DNA of 62,994 bases, counting the filler, from Dimargaris cristalligena (lineage: Eukaryota): the NCBI GenBank assembly GCA_003614675.1. It is 24 parts of 24 records of this genome, joined end to end, with 100 filler letters (N's around TTAATTAATTAA, not from the genome) between each part and the next. Parts side by side here need not be neighbours in the genome. Positions count along the whole stretch, not along the records: positions 23,904 to 26,442 come from ML004182.1; positions 26,543 to 29,074 come from ML004183.1; positions 29,175 to 31,704 come from ML004184.1; positions 31,805 to 34,332 come from ML004185.1; positions 34,433 to 36,952 come from ML004186.1; 19 more parts are not named here. One strand, written 5' to 3'. The notes below the pieces were generated by a model. It did no database searches and had not been told where the DNA came from. It was given only the letters and a program-made list of their open reading frames with translations. Position numbers and translations under genes: made by a program. Below, in pieces: positions 23,919 to 36,108 of the stretch. Position 1 is the first letter of the stretch, and each line of letters begins with the position of its first letter.

Positions 23919-24614
23919 TGAGTGGTAGTATCAAGCTACTAAAATGAACAATAAAAATGTATCAAAAGGGCAGGGTGGCTTCTCCAGGTGAACTGGTTTG
24001 TCACTCAAATAAAAATTCAGTATAAAATACTTTTTAATAAAAAGACCAGTTTAAACTAAGTAATAATAATACCAGTTTGGAAGCTTAAAAGGACTATTTC
24101 CATGGCAACCACAAGTTTAAAAGGTATATAAATCTAAGTAATCTAGAGTAATAGTAAAAGTAGTTTTATTATAAAGAAAAAGATAGAAGAAAATTGATAC
24201 CCTAAAATTGACATACAGAAAAAAAGAGGAAAAAAAGTTTGCCTTATATATGAAAATGCACACTATTGTATGTACCAATTACTTGCATGAGTGTGCTAAT
24301 CAATTGTATGCATGGCCTGATCACCTGCATTGATAGTGCATATTATCCCCTAAAAATGTGAAGACTTTTAGTTTTATAATAAAAAAAATACTAAGCTATT
24401 ATCTGTATAAAACAGAGAATTATTAAAGCCAAATAGCCTGCAGTGAACCTGCATAACTAATTAAAAAGGGAAAGAGGATTTATAAAGTAGAACCAAAAAA
24501 GTAAAAGATAGGAATAAAACTAGTTATACCAGAAAAAAAGCCACTTCATACTCTACATAATAATAATAGTAATTTAATAAGTGTGGCTATAGGGGGTTAG
24601 TCTACCTTGCCACA
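23919..24614 (-). mobile_element. Family-B solo LTR (~700 bp)
   Basis: One end matches 5346-5433 and the other matches 21262-21558. Confidence 0.7.
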
Positions 24615-26542
24615 CTGCTTTGCTTCCAAATACATTAGATTATATAATTTTTAGTCATGGTATGCATTACACATTCTTCCTTTGGCTATTGCATCATCCA
24701 TATTTGTACAGCAGCTGACACAAAAGTAAGGAGTCAGTTAACAGTTAGAGAACATGGTGGAATAGATATTAGTTAGTGGTATAAGGTGGACTACCAACTG
24801 TATCTGAATGGCCCTGAATATGCCTATGCCAAACCATAATTAGGGGTGGCCTCATACCCCCCTTCTTATCCAATGCCCTCCACTTCCACCAAATTGGGCA
24901 TACCTTTTCTATAGGGGATTGAATTCCATGGCAGTTTTTTCTAAAGGCCAACTTAGTGTAGTATTTATCCTATTCCACCCAGCTACATCAACTGACAACT
25001 TTATTACCCAGGATTTAGAGGGTCAGTGGGGGATTAATATTGTTTATTAGATGGGATTAAGCACCACATTACTGCAGCACTTGGCTTTCCTGAATTGCGG
25101 CTAAGATGGAGAAGATTATGAAAACTTAAGGCAAAAGTACTTATAGTAATAGCTACTAAGTGATACAGCCATAGCTGCAATGAACTACAACAATAGCCAT
25201 AAGCAGCTATGAGTATTAAACATTCCAGGCAGTTATACAAAAAAATGCCTGAGTATCATATGTTACTACTACTGGGAAAATAATATGAATCTAAATAGCA
25301 CTTGTCTTAGATATAGTTATCCAAAAGACTAACTGGCTAAATAGTAGATGCCACTATCAAAAGACAGTATTTCCAAGGTAATAGAATATAAAGAAACCAC
25401 CAACCTGGGTATATATAGTATGAAGAGAAATATGTAAAAGGACTAGTAGCTAAAGATATACCCAGAGGGACCTAAGTACATAGTAGTCCAAAGAGGGGGG
25501 ATAAAGTAAGTGAGAAATGATCATCAAGAGGACCAAAAGTATAATAGGCTATCTAGCCACTACTTAAATAAGTGAATACTAAAGAGTAAACTAAACAGAC
25601 TAGGTATGTAGAAGGGATACCCAAGGTAGTATCTAGGAGGTAAGAATAGAAAACATAGACTTATATCCAAAACTATAGAAGAAAGTAATGGAATAGAAAG
25701 GACTACATTATATAGTATCCAATCCTATAAAAGTAAGTAATCAGTAAGTATATAAATAATAGGAGTAACCAAATAATATTTGGTAATAGAGGGTTAGAAA
25801 AGACTAAGTATTATTTGGCATCCATTATTAGAAAGGATAATAGTATTGTAGCCATCCCAGGAGGAGTTAATAGATATGTAATAAACAGGACTAAATTATT
25901 GGATACTATTACTAGAAAGGACAATAGTATTATAACTATTCTAGGTGAAGTTATTAAGGAAGTATGAGTAATAAAAGGAAGGTAAATAGTACCCTATGAA
26001 TAATAAATATATATAAGGGAAAAGAAAGTAGAGAGGGTAGCATAATAGAAATTCTACTAAAGACTTATTTGATAAAAGAAGCAAAGTAACCATACTACTA
26101 GTAATTAAGAGCAGTATCTAGTGGAGAGTAGTACTTGTCATCCTTAACAAAGGCAGCCTTATCCTCTAGGAAGTAAACTAACTAAGGCTCTGGGTCAAAT
26201 AGCTTACATCTAGTAATATAAGAGTGTTGGTAGCCTATACCACACCTGGTACAGTAGTACTTCAACCAAAGAGAGCCACACCTCATGTAGTGAACTTACC
26301 ACATTTTTACCTACTTTTATTTTTTATCTATTTTTACACTTATCAGAAATACACCCCTGATGAGTGAATGAGCCCCTGCCCCTGCCCCTGATGAGTATGG
26401 TCATTTTTCCTCCATTTTTCATTATTATATTGTTTTTTCTATNNNNNNNNNNNNNNNNNNNNNNNNNNNNNNNNNNNNNNNNNNNNTTAATTAATTAANN
26501 NNNNNNNNNNNNNNNNNNNNNNNNNNNNNNNNNNNNNNNNNN

Positions 26543-27511
26543 CAGGAAATGATGGCAGACCCGGAAACCAACGAAATCATGATCAACCGCCACGATGTCG
26601 TGTACCGCGAGCGGCGCGGTGTGATGGAGCGCATCGAAGGGCTGGCGATCGCGCCTGCCGCGCTCGATACCGCCATCACGGTTCTGACCAATATCAACGA
26701 CAAGGATCAGGCGCCGCTGCTCGATGCGCGCCTGCCAGGCCTGCGCATCGCAGCCGCCCGATTCCCCGTGTCAATCCACGGCGACATGATGTCGATCCGC
26801 AAGCACTCCGTGCGGCGCATCGCCTTGGATGATTACGTGCGCAACGGTGCTTTCGCCGTGTTGCCCGCCTCGCAGAACCGCTTCATCGGCCGGCAGGATC
26901 GGACTGTTCTCGACCACGCCGCTGAAGGCGGCGAGGCGTTGATGCGCTGCCTGCAATGGATCATGCGCCAGCGCTACAACATTGTGTTCTCCGGCGGCAC
27001 CTCATCCGGCAAGACCACCCTGCTCAATGCGTTGCTCGAAGCGATTCCGGAATCCGATCGCATTGTCACCATCGAGGACACCGCCGAACTGAAGATCGCT
27101 TTGCCCAACTTCGTGTCGTTCGAAGCGAACCAGAACATCACGATTCGCAATCTCATTAAGTTCGCACTGCGCATTCGGCCCGACCGCATCTTTGTGGGCG
27201 AGGTCCGGGGCGCCGAGGCCTTCGACCTGGTGGAAGCACTGAACACCGGGCATGACGGCTCGATTTGCACACTGCACGCCACGAGCGCGGATGAAGCGCC
27301 CTACAAGTTGGAGTCGTACATCCGCATGAGCGAGGAAGGCCGCCTGATCGCCACCGAGGATCTGCGCAAAAAGATCGCCTCGACCTTCCGCTTCTTCTTG
27401 CATGCCGATCGACAAGGTGATGGCACGCGCGGGCCTGTTGAGCTCCGCGAAGTGCTGGGCGTTGAGGACGGCCGCTACAAGACACGCCTTTTGTTTTCCC
27501 GTTTCGCCTAA
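26543..27511 (+). CDS. virB11: Type IV secretion ATPase VirB11/TrbB (bacterial), 5'-truncated
   Basis: Walker A SGGTSSGKTT, Asp box IEDTAEL, Walker B LRIRPDRIFVGEVRG, His box NTGHDGSICTLHA. GC-rich bacterial codon usage. Confidence 0.93.
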   Translation, partial: QEMMADPETNEIMINRHDVVYRERRGVMERIEGLAIAPAALDTAITVLTNINDKDQAPLLDARLPGLRIAAARFPVSIHGDMMSIRKHSVRRIALDDYVRNGAFAVLPASQNRFIGRQDRTVLDHAAEGGEALMRCLQWIMRQRYNIVFSGGTSSGKTTLLNALLEAIPESDRIVTIEDTAELKIALPNFVSFEANQNITIRNLIKFALRIRPDRIFVGEVRGAEAFDLVEALNTGHDGSICTLHATSADEAPYKLESYIRMSEEGRLIATEDLRKKIASTFRFFLHADRQGDGTRGPVELREVLGVEDGRYKTRLLFSRFA

Positions 27512-27528
27512 TCAACCAGGAGTCTGTA

Positions 27529-27945
27529 ATGAACGTTCTGTCCCAACTGCACCGCATCACCAACCTCGTCACGCAGGGCTATCTCACCACGCACTCGCGC
27601 CTTGCGGACACGAAGCAAGCGATTCACGCGCAGGTGGATCGTCACCGCAGCTTGATCCGCAGCGTGCTGTTGGCGCTCTGGATCGAAGCCATCCCCGGCC
27701 TCGCGCGTGCTGGCATCTGGAACGGGGGCCTGTGCAACATCTACCAGCAGGTGCTTGACAACGAACTGATCATGATCGTGTCCCTCGCTGCATTTGCCGG
27801 GGCGTTCATCTTGTGGCTGCTCGATGACGGCCACAGCAAGATCAAGCAGAACATCCTGCGCGGGTTCGTCGGCACCATGGCGCTGATCAACATGCCGGTG
27901 CTGTGGTCGCAGCTCTTTAACAAGGGCGTGGCCTGCACCGCCTGA
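27529..27945 (+). CDS. virB2: VirB2/TrbC-like pilin precursor
   Basis: AGGAG RBS upstream. Long leader ending ...LARA, then two hydrophobic helices. Lies between virB11 and virB3. Confidence 0.7.
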   Translation: MNVLSQLHRITNLVTQGYLTTHSRLADTKQAIHAQVDRHRSLIRSVLLALWIEAIPGLARAGIWNGGLCNIYQQVLDNELIMIVSLAAFAGAFILWLLDDGHSKIKQNILRGFVGTMALINMPVLWSQLFNKGVACTA

Positions 27946-27950
27946 CGATC

Positions 27951-28307
27951 ATGACTACCGCGATCGAAGCCGGCACGCCGGCGGCGGATACGCCCGCCGA
28001 CTCCCTGTCCGTGCCCATCCGCAAGACCATGCTCGAAAAGTTCCTGATGGGGGGCATTGACAGGAAGCTCTGCGCCGGCGAGCTCGCCATCCTCATATTC
28101 ACCGCCGTAGGCCTGCGCAATCCGTGGGTCCTGCTGGCGCTTCCGCCGACGCATCTGATCCTGTGGCTCGCGACGAAACGCGATCCTGACCAATTCAACT
28201 GCTATTTGCGCTACAGCAAACAGGGCGACTTCTACGAGCCGCGGCCGATGCTTCGCCAGACACGTAATGCTCGCCCCAAGGGCTTCGCGCGAGGTGAACT
28301 GTGCTGA
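27951..28307 (+). CDS. virB3: VirB3/TrbD T4SS membrane protein
   Basis: PIRKTM...LMGGIDR, hydrophobic core, KRDPDQF...YLRY. Overlaps the start of the next gene. Confidence 0.85.
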   Translation: MTTAIEAGTPAADTPADSLSVPIRKTMLEKFLMGGIDRKLCAGELAILIFTAVGLRNPWVLLALPPTHLILWLATKRDPDQFNCYLRYSKQGDFYEPRPMLRQTRNARPKGFARGELC

Positions 28308-29074
28308 ACAACCCTACGCTCTCGCCGTTCGACCGAGAATCGCTTACACAGATCGAGGAACGCCTAGCAGGCCGGAGGCGATCGACCGCTGAGCTCGTGC
28401 CGTGGCTATTCAAGTACAGCGATTTCATGATCGCCAACAAGGATTCAGCCTTGATGGTGTCCTTTGAATTCACGGCACCTGATTCCAACAGCATTTCCAT
28501 GACGGTGATGCGTGAACTTTACGAGCACGTCGCCGCCAGCCTGGGCAACCTGTCGCGCTATCCTATCTCGCTCTGGTGGACGGTCCATCGGCGCTTGGAT
28601 TCGCGCTATGTCACCCTGCCCATGCCGGACAAGGTTGCGCAGATGGTCGACGACGATCGGCACGCGAATTTCTTGGCCGAAGGCAACTACGTCAACCGGC
28701 ATTTCGTCACGTTCTCGCTTCTTCCCCAGGTCGGGCTCGACGCATTCGCCTCGCGCGTCATGCATGGCGTTACGCATGACGACCTGTCGATCCCGAGCGC
28801 GCTCTGGGAGGCCGTGCGTGCCACGTTTTCCGACCAGTACCAGTTCGCCTACACGCAGTCCGAACTGGAGGCTGCTGTTGAAACCTTTGAATCTATCCTG
28901 CACGGCTTCGCTGCAGACAACCCGCACATCAAAATGCGGCGTCTGGCCGGCAAGCGCCTCGGCGGATTTATGCACGCGGTCTGCTCCCCGCCAAGCGATC
29001 ACATCACTGAACTGGACATCCCGGAAACGCCGGCACTCGACCAGGCGATGTGCGACACGGAAATTACGCCCTTC
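28301..29074 (+). CDS. virB4: VirB4/TrbE ATPase N-terminal part, truncated by the contig end
   Basis: ELVPW...NKDSALM.SFEF.APD N-terminal pattern of TrbE/VirB4. Coupled to virB3. Confidence 0.85.
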
Positions 29075-29174
29075 NNNNNNNNNNNNNNNNNNNNNNNNNN
29101 NNNNNNNNNNNNNNNNNNTTAATTAATTAANNNNNNNNNNNNNNNNNNNNNNNNNNNNNNNNNNNNNNNNNNNN

Positions 29175-29309
29175 CTCTTTCGAGTATAAATACTCCCCCT
29201 TGCTGCCACCTCTTGGAACAGCAAGTCTATTATCACCTTTCCCTTTTTATCACCTATCTTTTTGAATAAAGTTCAGTTTTCAAGGGTTTGAGTATTGTTC
29301 TTTATAACA
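29175..29309 (+). mobile_element. Family-D LTR 3' part
   Basis: TATAAATA, AATAAA and a terminal ...ACA. Near-identical at 37053-37170 and 44895-45026. Confidence 0.75.
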
Positions 29310-30050
29310 GGTACAGTACTAACTAATAAAGGTTACAGTAGGTATATGTAAGGGATATGCAGCAGGTATACTTACTAGACAATATAAGGGGGAGTGAGTA
29401 TATATAGAGTTTATTGGGGGAAAACTAAGGGTAAGAAAGGCTGAGGAATCTAACTAGTCCCAATGGGGTCTAGTTATATATATACAGGGACAACTCCAGA
29501 GGGAGGTCCCAAGGTAAGGATACTGTTGGAAATATAAATATGATGATAAATACAATTACCTTCAATTGCAACTATAAAGATTTAAAGAAGAGAGAAAGAA
29601 CCGCAAGGGGCAAGGCTAGATGCCCACAGTTGGTTTTATTGAATTGGATAATAGCACTAATAATGATTAGGATGAAGTCCCAGGTATAGAATGATATAGT
29701 AATGGCTAGAATATAGTCCCGAGTATAGGATAAGCCAATCACAGGGATGGAATCAGTGGGATGGGGGAAATGAATTTCCAACAGATACTACTAAGATTAA
29801 GTGGATAGGTAAATAGGCTAGTTAGATGGATGCTAGTATCCAGAAGACTCTAATGGTAACTGGAAGAGTTTAATACATTAGTACTAGAGTGATTAGTAAG
29901 AAGAGGAGGTGTCTGGTTGGGGGGAGGTTATATAATATAGGATGATCCCATAATACCAGGGGTGACCATAGGAAGGTTAATATGGTGCTATAAGGCCAAA
30001 TAGGGTTATACCTAAGCCAGTTGGATTAAGGTGGATTAGATGGTCTAATA
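29310..30050 (-). mobile_element. Family-A LTR (partial) carrying a nested solo LTR
   Basis: Colinear with 19765-20240 apart from the 29524-29783 insertion. Confidence 0.8.
29524..29783. mobile_element. 260-bp solo LTR (Copia-like) with 5-bp TSD
   Basis: Perfect 10-bp terminal inverted repeat TGTTGGAAAT...ATTTCCAACA. GATAC duplicated at 29519-29523 and 29784-29788. Confidence 0.9.
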
Positions 30051-31804
30051 TCACCCTCACTGTTGAGAAATAGGGGCCATGCCTCTGTCCTTGAACTAGT
30101 ACTAATCTAACTATACTAGAAGAGGCTGATACTGTGTGCACTGCTTGGTATAGCAGTTGATTGACTAGGCCATGCAATGCTACCCCCATCTATCAGAAGC
30201 AAAAATACATTTGACCTTGCTGCAATACCAAGGAAACACCATTGTTCACTTACCCACCAGACCAATGTACTTGTCACACTATTGGCTCAAGGTGAACAGC
30301 TTGATAAGGTACAGCAGGGAACACACATTCCCAAGACCACTGTTGTCCGACTTACTGTGGTACGGATTGCCCTTTGCATCTCTACCTATACACCAATTGC
30401 CAGCAAGTGACACCCTTTTTAAGGAAATCACCTCCTGCCCACTAGGTTAGGTCACCGACGATCTAATCTCCGGTCAATCAAGCAGATCACCGTATAGATC
30501 CCGGTAATATATAATTCCGCACTAGTGCTAACCCGTTGATTCTCATGCATCTTGGTTTTCCTCGTGGGTTCGCATTCTCGTCTTGAAAAGTATATCCTCC
30601 GCTATTAGTTAGTAGATGATAAACCTCGATGCCCACAGAAGGAGAATGTGGCTGGCCTTTTTGTTAAACTGGTTGATTGGAACTAATACTCATGAATTTT
30701 GACTAGAAACGGCAGTTCATTCGTGGACACTCCAGTAAATCCTGCCATTTCTGAGCCGCCTGGTCGTCCCTATATTGGCATATAGTGGTGGGGCGGGGGC
30801 CATTTGCCGACGAATGTCATCCTAACGATATTGCGTATGCCTCCACACGGCTAAGAAAAAGATGAATATACACTGCGAAGCGCCTTGTCATTTGCGAATA
30901 GTGCTTATAAACTACTTTACTATCATGGGAAAGACTGATGCTTCATGCTATGGTGACTCGGTTTAATAAATTATTTGGAAGGGGGGTACAGCAGCAGCAA
31001 GACACCAGCATACTCATGGACGCAGGTGGCACTCTGACGAGGGAAGTGCTATTTTCTGGGTTCCATTAGGGACAAACGATGGTCAAGAGAATACAGAGTG
31101 TATGCCTGTAGTAAGGCCCTGCTATATTGTACGCACGATTGGGAAAGCGGCAGCACTTGCCGAAGCAATGTCTTGTCGTATAGATTGGATTACCATGACG
31201 GGGTCGGTGATGTTTTATGCTTTACAGTAGCAAATAGTGGATAGCCATTCCTAAATGAGCAACGGTATTGACTAGCCCTGTTCATCTATAATGGATTTCA
31301 GCAGATTAACTTCCGGGGGATTAGAGAATACAGGTGAAGGTGTAGCCTTGTAGGGCAATCCCCGCCCCCCTCACCTCCCCTGTATTCTGGCAGCTTGGTC
31401 TCCGTGGAGGCGTTGGTCCCGACGGCTGTTTGATTTGTCGGGAGAATATCGCCTGGCCTTGCTCATCCATACACCGCAGGCGGGTGTAGATTAGGGAGGG
31501 ATAGGGTGATCCTAATTGAAAGCCGGATCTGCCCCGCAGAAGCCACAGGCAACACTCCGGTATTTACTCCTTAAAAATGGTATATAAAGGCCAGACAGTG
31601 TCACTTAATGAACTTATACTTCACACTTTCTCTTCACTTTATTTCTCGATTGTCGTGCAATTTGTACGACTTTCGATTTCCAATAGGTTGCATTTGGATT
31701 GGTTNNNNNNNNNNNNNNNNNNNNNNNNNNNNNNNNNNNNNNNNNNNNTTAATTAATTAANNNNNNNNNNNNNNNNNNNNNNNNNNNNNNNNNNNNNNNN
31801 NNNN

Positions 31805-33165
31805 GGGCTATCAATGATGTTCGGCCTGGTTAGGGCCGGGGGGTATACTATGGCGCTATACGGCCTGATATGACGGCAGTCATATCGGTTGGATTAGGAC
31901 GGATTAGGAGGGGCGACATCACCCTCTCCTACTGGAGCCTCGTCCTCGAGGCCTTCGACGAATGGAATGATCTGGTCGCCAGAGACGCGCTCCTGCGGGC
32001 GGCGCTTGTCGTGTATTGCGGGGGCGATGGTGTATGTATTACCACCATGGATGCCTTCGATGGTGGCGGGGCCTTTGAAGGGGGCTTGTAGTGACAGGGG
32101 CCCATGGGGAACTCGGATGAGAATGCGGTCGCCAACGCGGTACTGGGTCGGGTCGGTCGACTTAGGTCCTGTTTTATGCCGGACGTGTTGGTAGGCATCG
32201 TGGAGTCGGTTACGCAGTTCGTCTACATAGGTGGACCCGGTGGAGGCCCGTAGAGCATCTGGTTCGGGGTTCAGGGCGACGTCAACTGGCATGCGTGGGT
32301 CGCGTCCGTACATCAGGTAGAAAGGTTTATTCGCGATGACCCGGACGTGTGCGGTTCGGTAGGCAAACAGATGTAACATAAGGTGTTCGTCCCATTGAGG
32401 GTCATCACCAGAGGAGTGTTTTGCAATCATGTGCTTCAAGGTCCCGTTCAGGCGTTCGATGGCTCCGTTGCTTTGCGGGTGGTAGGGCACGGCTAGGCAG
32501 TGGTCTACTCCGAGGAGTCGCAGCGTCTGCCATAGGATACTGGCGGTGAACTGTTTCCCGCGATCGGAGACCAGAATGCGGGGGCAGCCATGAGCGCTGA
32601 TGATATCCTCGATCAGGAATTGAATGACGGCCTGTGCCGTTATGGTGGGAACCGCTCGTGCAAAAGGCCATCGGGTAAAGTAATCGACCGCGATAATGAT
32701 AAACTTGTTGCTGTTTCGAGTGGTCGAGAAGGGGCCGATGATGTCGATTCCCAAACGGTCGAGCGGTCCAGTGAGGGGGGTGACCAGTTGCGCCGGCAGC
32801 GGGGGGTTTTGTTGGTGACGTTGGCACACCTCGTATCCCCGGATGTGCTCCTGTATGTCGTTGTTCATTGACGGCCAATAGACCGTCTGGCGGAGGTGAT
32901 GGAGCACTGTTTCTACTCCTAGGTGCCCTGCACCAGGCCCTTCGTGGGCGGCCTCTATTGCAGCGGCCCGGTGAGTTTTCGGCAGCACCAAGTGGTTCTG
33001 TCCACCGGGGCCTTGCTGATACAGCAGTTGATCGTGGATCACAAAGGTTTGATTCTTGCCGCGAAATCGTCGGAATGCGCGGTCTCCCATTCGGTCCCGG
33101 AGTAGGGTCACTTCGGGGTCTGAGAGTTGGTCCCTGAGCATCTGGGCCGGTGGTATGGTCACGGC
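31805..33165 (-). mobile_element. Ty3/Gypsy integrase with PPT and start of the 3' LTR (young, CpG-rich)
   Basis: ORF 31894-33162 with H...GHLG zinc motif, GIDIIGP, SDRGKQF, HPQSNGAIERLN and KGPA. Polypurine tract AGGAGAGGGTGA directly before TGTCGCCCC at 31918. Confidence 0.92.
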
Positions 33166-35744
33166 GAGGACTCTCGGTGGGGCATTGGAATTGGAATTGC
33201 CATGTGGATTTACGAAAAAGACAATCCAATGGGCAAGGTGAAAGAATCATTCCAGAGACCCGGCTTTATATATGCAGCCATGATGTCTTTATCGCCACTA
33301 TTGATAATTAGAGTACAGATTGGATTGGTAGTAGTTTCTAATGTTGTATTGTCTTAAATTTACGGCCAGTTACCCTGTCTCATCCATATAGTCATTTCAT
33401 AAACCACCCCATATATATATATAGGCCAACTGCCGCTAGTTTATATCAACATACAAATTTATAGATATTTTAAAAATATATGGCAAATATGGAATGACAC
33501 TGACAACCACCACCCAAGAATTGTCTATTGGGTGGTGGAGACCGTTGTTTGGCCTCGGTCTGCCTCTGTTAGTTTAGCAGAGGGGTCGTGTGACAAAATC
33601 CCTCCCTAATATATGGGAAGGACTATTGTTCAAGCCTATCCCCGAGACTCTCAACAGACTAAGAGTGGTTAATTCGGGTGACATAACTGGATAACCATTT
33701 GGGAAATTTGGATTTTATTACATTATAAGTGTTGAAATTATCTGTCTAACATTAATAAGTAGTGGGTGTAATACTAACTGGTGCAGAGGGCCCCTACAAG
33801 CAAAAGGGGCTGTTGAAAATAGTATAGGCAATGTAGTGGGGAGGTATGGGAGAAAAAAGTAGGAATGTGTAGGTTGTGCTGCCGTGGGCAGCCGGCCAGA
33901 GGCCGTGTAAGCTCCAGCACATATTGCTAATCCAAAAAGTAGTCATACTTTGGATAAATTCAAGGCCACCAGACAATTGACGAGTTATTTCCATGGGAAC
34001 GGTCCGGGGTCATTAATATTATTTTATTTCTTTATGCTAGCTGATTCTCTTTTCCTTCAGCTTTCCAAATTATACTTCCATTTACTTTTCCATCTATTAT
34101 TGATGAAGTTATAGGTCGTCAAAGTCAATGATGATTTTAAAGCCATGACAATTGACCACCTCATATTACCACTTTTATGCTATGACAATCCTTTATGAGT
34201 AGGGCTTGGGAATAACCAGTCTCCGGTGGAATCCTTCTTGGAGTCACACCATACAATTGCTTAAACATGAATTCCTTTTTTATCAATATCCGACATGAAG
34301 AAGGACTGGGAAGACTGTGTCTTCCAACCTTANNNNNNNNNNNNNNNNNNNNNNNNNNNNNNNNNNNNNNNNNNNNTTAATTAATTAANNNNNNNNNNNN
34401 NNNNNNNNNNNNNNNNNNNNNNNNNNNNNNNNAAGTCGAGGTTGCGGTTCGGCATACGGCTGGTCGGAATACCGATAGCACCGCACCCCTCGGCGTCTCC
34501 CCCGGCCCCAGAACCAAGCCGGTCCTAAGGACAACTGCACCACTAAAGGGCCCCCCCGGCCTACCCAAGCCACCCGCCGCCCGCATTTTCGAGGTGGTCG
34601 AAAGCCCCGAAGTTGCTATATAATCTCAGCACCTCGTAGTTTAAGGTGGATAATACACTTATAGAGAAACCAATCTATGGGAACTCCACCTAATACCACT
34701 TACAACGGATAAGTAAACCAGAATTATCCACTTCTGTTAAATCCCCCTCCCCCTCCCGACCACACTCGCTTCATTCATTGACACTATTTTAGCGAGTGGT
34801 TGTTCTTTGACTAGGACACCGCAGCTAACCAATGGCGAGTCCATTGACATTGAAATATATTTATAAAGTATGCATTACTTATTAGTTAGATAGCACTATC
34901 ATCATTATCAATAAATTTACATGCAATTATTACGCGCAAGGCGGATTCGGCCTTCACTTTCACTTATATTAAAGATATACTCGATTTTCAGGAAATTGTA
35001 GTGGGAACATTTCGGAGTAACCCGACTTTTAGATTGAGGAAGGGGGTCCACGGTACTCGAATTTCTCCGATACAAATAATTTCGCAGGAAAATAAAAGTA
35101 GGACAGTGTAATTATTCGCCTGGCAAACTAGTTTCAAAGAATTTTCCTAATAAGAAACTGCCATTTATAAGTAATATTAAAAGATACTCGGCTTCAACTT
35201 GGTGTGCGCATTGCTACTCTTCAACCGCCCTAAACTGGTTTAAAATGACACCAGCCCGAAGATTCGAACGAATTATTAAATAAGCAGATATGTATGACCG
35301 CGCGGCAAGAAATGCCCAGCATCTTATTACTAATAAAATAATTAGCGCCACATGGCTATAATATATAAAATGGAGTTTATTGGGATATTATCGTACTATA
35401 ACGGATTGGATAGAATAGCTACCCAACCATTTGATATAATGTGAGGAAGGTCACATTTAGGACAGGAGGAGGAGGCTGACACGGCGGTCTGAGATTATTT
35501 AGCGGGTGGTGTTATAGAGAGTGTGAGGGGTGCGGGCAGGAGATGCTGGCGGGATGGGTAGGGTCGGGTGGGGTGGGCTCCATCTAGAGGATTTGGAGGA
35601 ATCCTTAAGATAATAATAATCGAGTGCGCTAAGCGGGGTCAAGGAAGAACCGAGCAACGATATAGCTTACACCAAGGGTCACTGTCGAATCCTTCTTTGG
35701 TGGGCTAACAATCAAGCGCGATCCGAGATTTGGGATGTGGAAAA

Positions 35745-35954
35745 TTACAAGCAGTTGATGAAGTGGCCGACCTGGACACACTTGGTGGAAGCGGGGCACT
35801 GGAAGCTGACGGGCTTGTTGTTGTCGCAGACCAGGAAACCCAGAGGATAGTCACCTCCGCAAGTCATGTGGCCGCTGGTGCACTCGGGGTGGGCGATGGT
35901 CACGGAGACGGCAAGGGCGAGGATGGCAGTAGCGACAGCGAAGATGACCTTCAT
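35745..35954 (-). CDS. Small secreted cysteine-rich protein, CBM19-like (putative chitin-binding)
   Basis: Signal peptide plus six Cys: CxxGxxxC...FLVC...FQCPASTKC...C. Strong C-ending codon bias. Confidence 0.8.
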   Translation of the reverse strand: MKVIFAVATAILALAVSVTIAHPECTSGHMTCGGDYPLGFLVCDNNKPVSFQCPASTKCVQVGHFINCL

Positions 35955-36100
35955 GGTGGGTAGGGGGTTGGGTGGGTGGAAGGGAGGAGAAGGGGAGAAG
36001 GGAACGGTCGGCGAAGCTACTGTCGAATGATGATGCGCGAGTGGAAAGGCGATGAGTCGAATGTGGGATGGAGATACCTAAACGGGCTTCCTCCCGTCGA

Positions 36101-36108
36101 TATTTATA
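36101..36108 (-). promoter_or_regulatory. Probable TATA box of the CBM19-like gene
   Basis: TATAAATA about 150 nt upstream of the ATG, followed by a pyrimidine-rich leader. Confidence 0.5.

Noticed and set aside
26771-29126. Many overlapping alternative-frame and antisense ORFs
   Set aside because: Shadow ORFs of GC-rich virB genes.
33507-33538. 11-bp stem hairpin CCACCACCCAA/TTGGGTGGTGG
   Set aside because: Single occurrence in eukaryotic non-coding DNA with no supporting context.
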